IMG/VR virus record: IMGVR_UViG_3300028586_000026
Location: 1-57,813 of that record
Length of the DNA: 57,813 nt
Strand: one strand, 5' to 3'
DNA from: a virus
Lineage: Duplodnaviria > Caudoviricetes
The notes beneath the pieces were generated by a model. It was not told the DNA's origin. It ran no database searches and worked only from the letters and a program-made list of their open reading frames with translations. Positions 1-7,029 of this stretch are shown piece after piece. Each line of letters begins with the position of its first letter. Position 1 is the stretch's first letter. The translations under genes and the position numbers were made by a program.

Positions 1-138
1 GCGCAAGCCGGAGCCCTTGCCCGCGTTGTTGTCGGGGCTCTCGCTCTCACCAGCGCCCGGCTGCGTGGCGTTCTGGCCGGTGCCTGCCTGGATCACCGTG
101 CCGTCAGGACCGATCAGGCTCATGTTCACCGGGACCAT
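1..138. repeat. Terminal direct repeat (circular assembly overlap), left copy
   Basis: Identical to 57676-57813 except position 12 (a) versus 57687 (c). Confidence 0.95.
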
Positions 139-1404
139 GCGCTGGTTGCCACCGCCGGCGAGCGGGTTCAGCCGGAACGGCAGGACCTCGCGCGCCTCGT
201 CGAAGGTCATCAGGCCGTCCTTCATGGCGGTGTCGACGAGCTTGGACAGCGCATCCAAGTCGGTCGCCATGAGCGCGACCTGATCGAACTGCGGGCCGTA
301 GATCGGCCAATCGTCCATCGGGAACAGCGCGTTCCGGAACTTCTCCTGGATGCCGTGCGCAGTCGGATGCAGCACGTCGCTGTAATATTGGCGGTTCATG
401 GCCGCCATGTTGTTGTAGGCGACAGCTTCCAGGGCAAAGATCTTGTGCGGCGGCGTGTTCATCAGGCCGCAGATCCGCATCACCTGCTGATTGAAGCTCT
501 CCGTGGTCTGGCCATCGCGGGCGTTCAGCGCGATCACCTTCGCTTTCAGCCCCGCTTCCAACAGGATTGGGTCGCCGTTGGCGCTGGCCTTGCGAGCTCG
601 GTCTGTGAGCTGCCCCTTGAGCCGGCGGAAGGCGGCATCCGCGAGCGCGCCGTCACTGAAGTCCTTGTCTGTCTCAAAGACGATCGGCTGCTTGCCGTCG
701 TTGCCGAAGATGTTGGTCTGATACTCGGAGATCGCCGAGACAAGGTCGAAGATCGGCGAGCCCAGAGCGAGGCTCGACAGGCCGTAGAGCCCATCCCAGA
801 GCCGCCCGCGCAGGTGGATCATGCGATCCGCCGGCACGATCATGTACGTTTCGCCGAGGACGGACCGCTCATATTCCGTACCGGCGAAGATCTCGTAGAA
901 CAGCTTGCCGCTGGGGTAGGCGATCCGGGCCCGGCACCGCGCCGGCAGGATCGGGATCAGCTCGAGCACCGTGCCGTCGGTGGCGATGCGCTTCAGCGCG
1001 TAGGCGTTCTGCGCGAGCTCGTAGTGCATGATCATCATGCGCCAGAACTCGGTCCAAGTGTGCTGCTCGTTCGGCCGGGTCATCAGCAGCCGGGCGACCG
1101 GGTGCTGGTTGTGCTCGACCATCGTCCAGCCGCGGCCCTTGCGCTTCCACAGCAGCATCTCGGCCTTGGCGATGTCCTGCGCCTTCCTGTCCGCGCACTG
1201 GATCGCCAGCCCCATGCCGACGGCATCGCGCCCCAAGAAGCCGCCGCGCGCCGTCCGGCTGCCCAGCCCGACGAAGTCGCTGATGTCGTTCCAGCCGAAC
1301 TCGAACTGGTCCCAGCCGGCCGAATCCGTGGCCGTGAGCGGGCCCGGCACGTCGCCGGCGGCCTTCGCCAGGGCTTCGGACTTCTCGGCTTCGGTCTGGC
1401 TCAT
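1..1404 (-). CDS. HK97-type portal protein, 5' part (continues across the origin to stop at 57646; ~477 aa)
   Basis: ATG at 1404 overlaps the terL TGA. The frame is open to base 1 and 1404+30 nt after removing the overlap is divisible by 3. Position between terL and protease. Missed by the ORF track because it wraps. Confidence 0.9.
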   Translation of the reverse strand, partial: MSQTEAEKSEALAKAAGDVPGPLTATDSAGWDQFEFGWNDISDFVGLGSRTARGGFLGRDAVGMGLAIQCADRKAQDIAKAEMLLWKRKGRGWTMVEHNQHPVARLLMTRPNEQHTWTEFWRMMIMHYELAQNAYALKRIATDGTVLELIPILPARCRARIAYPSGKLFYEIFAGTEYERSVLGETYMIVPADRMIHLRGRLWDGLYGLSSLALGSPIFDLVSAISEYQTNIFGNDGKQPIVFETDKDFSDGALADAAFRRLKGQLTDRARKASANGDPILLEAGLKAKVIALNARDGQTTESFNQQVMRICGLMNTPPHKIFALEAVAYNNMAAMNRQYYSDVLHPTAHGIQEKFRNALFPMDDWPIYGPQFDQVALMATDLDALSKLVDTAMKDGLMTFDEAREVLPFRLNPLAGGGNQRMVPVNMSLIGPDGTVIQAGTGQNATQPGAGESESPDNNAGKGSGLR

Positions 1405-3260
1405 CAGGCAGATGCTCCGGCGAGGCCGCGCGTCAGGTACGGGTTCGCGTCAGTCGGGCGCTTGGCGGTCGAGCCGAGCTGGCCGGCCTCGTGGTCGAGG
1501 CGCAGCGCGTTGGCCTCGACCAGGGCGTCGAAGCCGTCGATGTTGGCCTTCGACCAGGGCTTCTCTTTCTTCGGCAGCACGTTGGCATTCTGGTCGTAGT
1601 GCCCGACCACGTTGCCGGCGCACCACGCGGTGACCGGGTTGCCATCGTGCTGGAACAGTTCCGGATCCGCGGTCCGGGCCACGAGGTCGTCCGTGGCCGC
1701 CGTCAGGTTCCGGGCGTTCTTCTGGATGATGAAGACCCGGTAGCCGGCCGCCTCAATCTCCGAGGCCATCAGGTTGGCCTGGTAGTCGTCGAGGCCGACC
1801 CCGACGACGTTGTGCCCGTCCAGCGTCGCGAGGATCTGCTTCAGGATCACCCGGTAGTCGATGAACGACCCGGGGGTGAGTTGCAGCCAGCCCTGGCGAT
1901 GCCAAGCCAGGAATGCGTCGGCGAACCGATCATCCTTCAGGCGATCGCACTTCGCGGGCAGCCAGTAATCGGCGGTCGAATAGACCCGGTCCCCGGCCTT
2001 CACCATGTAGGCCGCCGCGTTCAGATCCGAGCGGCTCGCGAGGTCGATGCCGACGTAGAGCGGGAAGCCCTTGAGCACATCGAGCTTTAGCTTCGGATCC
2101 GCGCAGCGCTCCCAGGCCTCCAGCGAGACGAGGTTGCCCGCGGCCCGGGACCAGAAATTGATCCGGGTGCGCAGGTATTCCTGCCGCTTCGATTCCGACT
2201 TCCGGCCCTCGAACGCCTCTTCCTCGATCGAGGTGGGGTTCAGCGAGACGCCCCACATCGGGTTCAGCTTCTCGACCGTCGCGGGGTCGAAGCACCGATC
2301 CCGGTCCGCCTCCGAGCCCGCGTACATCGCGATGAACATGCGCGGCGCGTTCAGCCGGCCGGCCAGCACCTGCCGGCAGACCTTCCAGTCGTCGTAGGCC
2401 GGCGCGTTCACATCGCGGCCCGCCGTCGAAATGCCCAGGTCCAGCGGCGCCTGGCGCGAGCCCTGCGCCGTTTTCAGCACGCCGATCACGCCCTGATCCT
2501 GCGCGTGCAGCTCCTCCTGCAGCAGGACGTGCGGGTTGAAGCCGTCGAGGTTCTTCGCCCGGGCGTGGGCCAGCTTGATCGTGCCGCCCGATACCGTGAA
2601 CTCGCACCCGTCTTTGATGTCGACGGCCCCGGTCATCTCCCGCAGATCCTCGTCCTTGCCGAGCATCTTGCGGATGACGTCGTACGGGATCCGCGCCTGA
2701 TCCTCGGAGGCGGCCGAGACCACCACGTCGGCACCGACCTCGCCCTCGAAGTTGGCGCAATACAGCACCACGCCGGCCGAGAGCGTGGTCTTCGCGTTCT
2801 TGCGCGGAATCCACACCCGCACCGTGCGGGTCCACCGCAACCCCGTGGCCTTCTCCCGGAAGCCGAAGATGCCGGCGAGATACCAGCACTGCACCGGCTC
2901 CAGAACGATCGGGCCGGTGAAGGCCTTCACGTGCGGGAGCTTGCCGACGAAGTCGCACACGTCGATCATGTGCGCATCCGACCAGACGAAGTCCGCCCGC
3001 CCGGTCAGCGCGTGGGCGCGCATGTCGAGGAAGCGCTGGCAGCCCTGCCGCTCCTCATCGCACGCCGGCACGCGCCCTGCCGCCACCTCCTCGCAATACC
3101 AGACGGCCATCCCGACGTAGTCTGGGAAGGCCTGCATCTCGCCGTCGATCTCGATCTCGACCGGCTTGAAGCGCTGATCAGCGGCGGTTCGCGAAACCCG
3201 TTCGCGCGTAGCGGTTGACCCGCGCCCCTTGAGGGGCCGCGATCGGCCTGTCGAGGTCAT
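1404..3260 (-). CDS. terL: Terminase large subunit
   Basis: Walker A IPRKNAKTT, Walker B LLQEELH, ISTAG motif, nuclease GIDLAS and IDGFDA. Start uncertain (ATG 3260 or 3137). Confidence 0.93.
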   Translation of the reverse strand: MTSTGRSRPLKGRGSTATRERVSRTAADQRFKPVEIEIDGEMQAFPDYVGMAVWYCEEVAAGRVPACDEERQGCQRFLDMRAHALTGRADFVWSDAHMIDVCDFVGKLPHVKAFTGPIVLEPVQCWYLAGIFGFREKATGLRWTRTVRVWIPRKNAKTTLSAGVVLYCANFEGEVGADVVVSAASEDQARIPYDVIRKMLGKDEDLREMTGAVDIKDGCEFTVSGGTIKLAHARAKNLDGFNPHVLLQEELHAQDQGVIGVLKTAQGSRQAPLDLGISTAGRDVNAPAYDDWKVCRQVLAGRLNAPRMFIAMYAGSEADRDRCFDPATVEKLNPMWGVSLNPTSIEEEAFEGRKSESKRQEYLRTRINFWSRAAGNLVSLEAWERCADPKLKLDVLKGFPLYVGIDLASRSDLNAAAYMVKAGDRVYSTADYWLPAKCDRLKDDRFADAFLAWHRQGWLQLTPGSFIDYRVILKQILATLDGHNVVGVGLDDYQANLMASEIEAAGYRVFIIQKNARNLTAATDDLVARTADPELFQHDGNPVTAWCAGNVVGHYDQNANVLPKKEKPWSKANIDGFDALVEANALRLDHEAGQLGSTAKRPTDANPYLTRGLAGASA

Positions 3261-3576
3261 CGAGCCCCAATTCCTTCCGGGCCTTGTCCAGCTGAGCGAA
3301 CCACGAGCCCCGCACCTGCTTGCCGCTCTCAGCCGCCCGCGTGATCGTGTCGAACTGCATCGCGTAGCTGGACAGGCTGCGATGCGCGCTGGCAGTGAAC
3401 CGCCCCGCATCGAACAGCAGCCGGGCGAGCGCGTCGTATTCCGCCTGCGCCTCAGAGCTGGTCAGCGGGAACAGGGACCGCGGGATCTGCCGAAAAGCAG
3501 GGTGAGCGAGCACGCTTCCCTCGACAGAGACCTTCAGCGACGCTCCCGCTTCAGCCTGCTGGCCGCATCTGGCCAT
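3178..3576 (-). CDS. terS: Terminase small subunit (P27-like)
   Basis: Directly upstream of and overlapping terL; helical, ends ELGL...NRYAR. Confidence 0.7.
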   Translation of the reverse strand: MARCGQQAEAGASLKVSVEGSVLAHPAFRQIPRSLFPLTSSEAQAEYDALARLLFDAGRFTASAHRSLSSYAMQFDTITRAAESGKQVRGSWFAQLDKARKELGLDDLDRPIAAPQGARVNRYARTGFANRR

Positions 3577-3582
3577 CGCGGA

Positions 3583-3939
3583 TCACCATCCGTAATCGAC
3601 CGCGACAATCCTCGCGCCGAGTCGGCCGAAGCTGTCGGGCTTGTGCTCGGCGTTGATCCGGTATTCGCCGCGCTCGCAGAACTCGACCGCGTCGAAGGCT
3701 AGGAACTCATCCTCCGTCAGGATGCACGCCCGAGGCATCACGATGAGAAAGCCGCCAGGGGCCGCGAACAGCACCGGGCAATACCCATCCAGCCCCGCCC
3801 GACCGAGCCGCGCCTCGTTCATGTTGTTGAGCAGGCCGAACAGGAAATCACGCCAGTTGCGCAGAGTCGGGATCTTGTAGGCATGCTGGCGCGTGAGAAT
3901 GACGAGGCGATTGGCACCTCGCGTATTCAGCTCGAACAT
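3583..3939 (-). CDS. Small protein-kinase-fold-like protein
   Basis: Ordered motifs RGANR / AYKIP / NMNE / LIVMP / EHKPDSFG / VAVDYG. Confidence 0.55.
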   Translation of the reverse strand: MFELNTRGANRLVILTRQHAYKIPTLRNWRDFLFGLLNNMNEARLGRAGLDGYCPVLFAAPGGFLIVMPRACILTEDEFLAFDAVEFCERGEYRINAEHKPDSFGRLGARIVAVDYGW

Positions 3940-4337
3940 GCCGGCATCTCTCGGATCGCGATGTGTCCACGCATCACCGGCCGGGCGCTGGGGTCATCGC
4001 ACCAGCGCACGATCAAGTGCATCTGGTCCGTCCGTCGCGCCAATGCCTCCAGCGCTTCCTTCCACCCGTGACAGGCCGCGCACAGCGTCCACAGCCCCTC
4101 GTCCGGGCAATGCACCGCGCCGCCGTCCGCCACCGGCATCTTGTGGTCGACCACCGTGCCGAGAACCGTCCGGCCGATCTCCGCGCAGCGCTGGCAGAAC
4201 GGCTGCTCGCGCCTGAAGGCCTTCGATCGCCGATCCCACCGCGCATCGTACCCACGCTCGCGATACGGCGTCCTCGGAGCGCCCCGCTGCCGCGTCGGCT
4301 GACGCCCGCCATTCCGAGCGCGGAAGATCTGCGGCAT
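3927..4337 (-). CDS. Packaging-associated HNH endonuclease (HK97 gp74-like)
   Basis: RGYDARW, CQRC, VDH, LCAACH; adjacent to terminase genes. Confidence 0.88.
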   Translation of the reverse strand: MPQIFRARNGGRQPTRQRGAPRTPYRERGYDARWDRRSKAFRREQPFCQRCAEIGRTVLGTVVDHKMPVADGGAVHCPDEGLWTLCAACHGWKEALEALARRTDQMHLIVRWCDDPSARPVMRGHIAIREMPACSS

Positions 4338-4430
4338 CAGATTTTTTCGATTTTGGTCCGCGAGAATCGGTTTGGCATCCGCCCCTGAACCGAAAGCTCG
4401 GATCGATTAATCGACACCCCCCACCCCTTC
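4338..4430 (-). other. Candidate cos/packaging-initiation region
   Basis: Non-coding. G-run GGGGTGGGGGGTG, perfect palindrome TCGATTAATCGA (4403-4414) and an A-tract upstream of the HNH gene. Confidence 0.4.
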
Positions 4431-4507
4431 CTGGCTGTCCGGTTCATTCGATCACCGCGCAGGATCGATTACGGGGGCCGTGGGCGGGCGTGGGGCGTGC
4501 CGGAGGC

Positions 4508-4762
4508 TCAGGAGCCCACGCCGATGCGGGGCTTGCCTGTGGGGCCCTGGTCTGGGGCCATGGCTGCCAGCACTGCCTGGCTGTGCTCTTGATGGCGGAC
4601 CGCCAGCTTCAGGTAGCCGATGATCTCGCGGTTGTTGTGCAGCACCGTCTGGGCCTGCGAGCGCTGGTCCCCCTCGATCTTGCGGCACTTGGCCTCGATC
4701 TCGGTGATCAGCTGGGCCAGGTGCTCCTCCAGCTTCGCGCCGGTCGGATTGTCCGAAGACAT
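4508..4762 (-). CDS. Hypothetical protein (84 aa)
   Basis: MSSDNPTGAKLEEHL...; helical, same strand as late operon. Confidence 0.6.
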   Translation of the reverse strand: MSSDNPTGAKLEEHLAQLITEIEAKCRKIEGDQRSQAQTVLHNNREIIGYLKLAVRHQEHSQAVLAAMAPDQGPTGKPRIGVGS

Positions 4763-4769
4763 CAGGATG

Positions 4770-5005
4770 AGCATGCGAGGCCTCGTCGATGGTCGCTGAC
4801 CTCCCCCGCTGAATGGGAGGGTGGAAGTCGAAGGGCCGGGAAGGAGGGTCACCCTCCGGCAATTAGGTGCCAGGCGTTCCAGCCCAGCGCTCACCCCGCC
4901 GGGTGATTGCTCTCTACCGGCCGAGAGCACGTGGCGGCCTCTGATCATTCAGCGCTGGCGAACCGGACGCTTCCCAGGCGCGCCGGTCAGCGTGCGCTGA
5001 TCTGG
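4770..5005 (-). ncRNA. Candidate structured RNA / cis-regulatory leader
   Basis: Dense nested inverted repeats and a 9-nt long-range complementarity (4807-4815 with 4946-4954). Confidence 0.4.
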
Positions 5006-5006
5006 A

Positions 5007-5369
5007 TTACTGCTGCGCGCCCTGGTCGCTGGCCTGCTGCTCGGTCTCGGCCGGGGCCGGATCCTGCGCAGCGGCGGTGTTGGCCGGGATCGCAGCGGCG
5101 AGGGTCGAGGCCGAGGCCTTCATCTCGGAGATGATCGAGGCGAATTGCGCGCCGTCGCCGATGGCATTGGCCTGCTCGAGCCGATCGATGAGGCCGGTGA
5201 TCGCAGCGGCGGCGGCTGCCTCCACGGCGGTGTTGGCGTGCACCTGGTCGATGAGATTCTGCAACGTCTGCTGGGCCATGTCGCTCTCCTGCATGTGGGC
5301 CGCCTGCCGTCTCAGCAGGGCGTCCAACTTCGCTTCGATGCGGCGGCCTCGGCCGATCCAGTCGAGCAT
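5007..5369 (-). CDS. Hypothetical Ala-rich protein
   Basis: MLDWIGRGRRIEAKLD...; alternative start at 5280 with a GGAG RBS. Confidence 0.6.
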   Translation of the reverse strand: MLDWIGRGRRIEAKLDALLRRQAAHMQESDMAQQTLQNLIDQVHANTAVEAAAAAAITGLIDRLEQANAIGDGAQFASIISEMKASASTLAAAIPANTAAAQDPAPAETEQQASDQGAQQ

Positions 5370-5387
5370 GCGAGGTCCGTGCGCTGG

Positions 5388-5471
5388 TGGTGAGGAAGGC
5401 AGGGCTCGAACCTGCCGTGCCGTAGGCGGCGGATTTACAGTCCGCTGGACGTCCGCCTGTCCATCTTCCTC
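5388..5471 (-). tRNA. tRNA-Tyr(GTA) with encoded CCA
   Basis: Cloverleaf: GAGGAAG/CTTCCTC acceptor, GGAC/GTCC D-stem, GCGGA-CTGTAAA-TCCGC anticodon arm, long variable arm, GCAGG-TTCGAGC-CCTGC, A73-CCA. Confidence 0.9.
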
Positions 5472-5514
5472 AAACGAATGCTGAAAAAAACTTCGTTGTA
5501 CTTGCGAATATCTG

Positions 5515-5543
5515 TTGACGCTCAAAGCATCGGCAAGTATTAC
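5515..5543 (+). promoter_or_regulatory. Sigma70-like promoter of moron gene
   Basis: TTGACG-17 nt-TATTAC in an AT-rich patch, upstream of RBS GAGGA and ATG 5573. Confidence 0.6.
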
Positions 5544-5572
5544 ATAGTCATCGGCAGCGAGGAACCAAGCAA

Positions 5573-5746
5573 ATGACCAGCAACTCCAAGATCACCACCG
5601 CCAAGACCGCCTGGATGGTTCTGGATCGTGACACCGGCAACAGCGTCTTCACTTCCAAGAACGAGACCAAGGCCCGGGCCAAGTGCGAGACCCTGAACGG
5701 GAAGTACAACCGGGAGCGGACCCGGGTCGTCCCCTTCCCTTACTGA
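5573..5746 (+). CDS. Moron-like 57-aa protein (not in ORF track)
   Basis: MTSNSKITTAKTAWMVLDRDTGNSVFTSKNETKARAKCETLNGKYNRERTRVVPFPY; own promoter, RBS and downstream hairpin. Confidence 0.75.
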   Translation: MTSNSKITTAKTAWMVLDRDTGNSVFTSKNETKARAKCETLNGKYNRERTRVVPFPY

Positions 5747-5786
5747 GGGGTGGGGCTCCGGCCCCTCTTCCTCTACGGGAGAGGGG
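5746..5786 (+). terminator. Hairpin(s) after moron gene
   Basis: GGGGC-TCCG-GCCCC followed by TCTT, plus an alternative CCCCTCTTCC/GGGAGAGGGG stem. Confidence 0.45.
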
Positions 5787-5789
5787 TGG

Positions 5790-5951
5790 TCCGTGCTGCG
5801 GGCAGAGTCGTAGCAAAGAGGGGGTCCGAAGCCTCCCTCCGGGCCGCGCTGCTCATCCTTCGACCCGGGTGTCCGGGGAGTACAAGGGGCGGTCGTCCGG
5901 CACCGCGAACGGTGCGGGACTCGGTGAATCAGTCCAGCACCGGAGAGTCAA
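5790..5951 (-). promoter_or_regulatory. Putative late promoter and structured leader (pR'/tR'-like)
   Basis: TTGACT (5946-5951) just after the NusG-like stop; hairpins GCACCG-TTCG-CGGTGC and a C(UUCG)G stem followed by TTT. Confidence 0.4.
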
Positions 5952-5978
5952 GCGGCGGCTGTGGACGCCGCCGCCATG

Positions 5979-6830
5979 TCACGCCCGCTCGAACTGCTGC
6001 CGCTCCAGCTCGACGGGCGTGGCCCGGCCGAAGATGCTGACCGCCACCTTGTAGCGATCGCGCGCCACGTCGGCCTCCTCGATCACGCCGTCGAAGCTGG
6101 CGAAGGCCCCGTCGACCACCCGCACCGCCTCGCCGATCTCGATCCGGTCCAGGTCGTCGATCGTCGGGGCCGCACCGATCAGGACCTCAGCGAACTTGCG
6201 CATCTCCTCGTCGGGCACGGTGACGGGCAGGATGACCGGCGCCGGTCGTGGCTTGCCCTGCTCATCCAGCAGCGACTCGTGGCGCTCGATCCGCTCGACG
6301 TCCCATGCGAACGCCCGGTCGTGGCGCAGGCACGGCATCGTGCCGTAGACCCGCCGCTCCATCAGCCAGGGATGCTCGACGGCCAAGCGCTCCAGCTGGC
6401 TCCGCTGCTCAAGCCCGACGAACACTGTGTGGTCGAACAGCGGCATGCGGATCCGCCGGATCCGGCCCGAGGCGAGTCGCTGCTCGATCTCGTCCCGGGG
6501 CCGGAAGAACGGGATGCAGGCGTTCCGGAGCTTCTCGCACAGCTCGCCGGTGTGGCCGACGCAGGCCTGCACCATGGCCCACTGCTTGCCGGCCGGCAGG
6601 TCGTGCTCGGCTCGGCGGGCGGCGATGCGCTCGGCCTCCCGCTCCCGACGCTCACGGTCATGCCGCTCGCGCGGGCTCTCGGTGGGCTCGTCCGCCTTCG
6701 CTGCGTCCGCCGCATCGCGCTCGGCCCGCTCGTCCTGCAGGATCACGCCGCGGCGCATGAACGCCTTGTGGGCCCGCTCCCGCTCCAACTTCAACCGCAG
6801 CCGCTGCTTCCGGGTCAGCCTTTGGCTCAC
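5979..6830 (-). CDS. NusG-family late antiterminator
   Basis: NGN-like domain (WAMVQ...PLFDHTVFV) and KOW domain (GEAVRVVDGAFASFDG...VSIFGRATPVEL); lambda Q position. Confidence 0.88.
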   Translation of the reverse strand: MSQRLTRKQRLRLKLERERAHKAFMRRGVILQDERAERDAADAAKADEPTESPRERHDRERREREAERIAARRAEHDLPAGKQWAMVQACVGHTGELCEKLRNACIPFFRPRDEIEQRLASGRIRRIRMPLFDHTVFVGLEQRSQLERLAVEHPWLMERRVYGTMPCLRHDRAFAWDVERIERHESLLDEQGKPRPAPVILPVTVPDEEMRKFAEVLIGAAPTIDDLDRIEIGEAVRVVDGAFASFDGVIEEADVARDRYKVAVSIFGRATPVELERQQFERA

Positions 6831-6831
6831 G

Positions 6832-7029
6832 CTACGCTCCCGATGCCCCCTGACCCGTCCGCGCGGCTTGCGCGTTCGGCCTCGACCCCTCTCCTGCTGC
6901 GGGAGAGGGTGATGTCGCGCGGCTTGCCGCCATGGCCTCCGCCGCCTGGGCGGCCAGCGCCTTCGCGGCATCCCGGTGCATGCGCTCCCAGCGCAGGGCG
7001 GAGCCGGAGATGCGGCGGTGGCGGACCAT
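6832..7029 (-). CDS. Hypothetical protein (65 aa)
   Basis: ATG overlaps the upstream TGA; MVRHRRISG... Confidence 0.5.
   Translation of the reverse strand: MVRHRRISGSALRWERMHRDAAKALAAQAAEAMAASRATSPSPAAGEGSRPNAQAARTGQGASGA

Noticed and set aside
1-138. Physical direct terminal repeat of the virion
   Set aside because: It falls inside the portal gene and is about assembler-overlap length; the HNH/terminase type suggests cos packaging.
355-1599. 414-aa plus-strand ORF
   Set aside because: Antisense shadow of portal and terL in high-GC DNA; no motifs.
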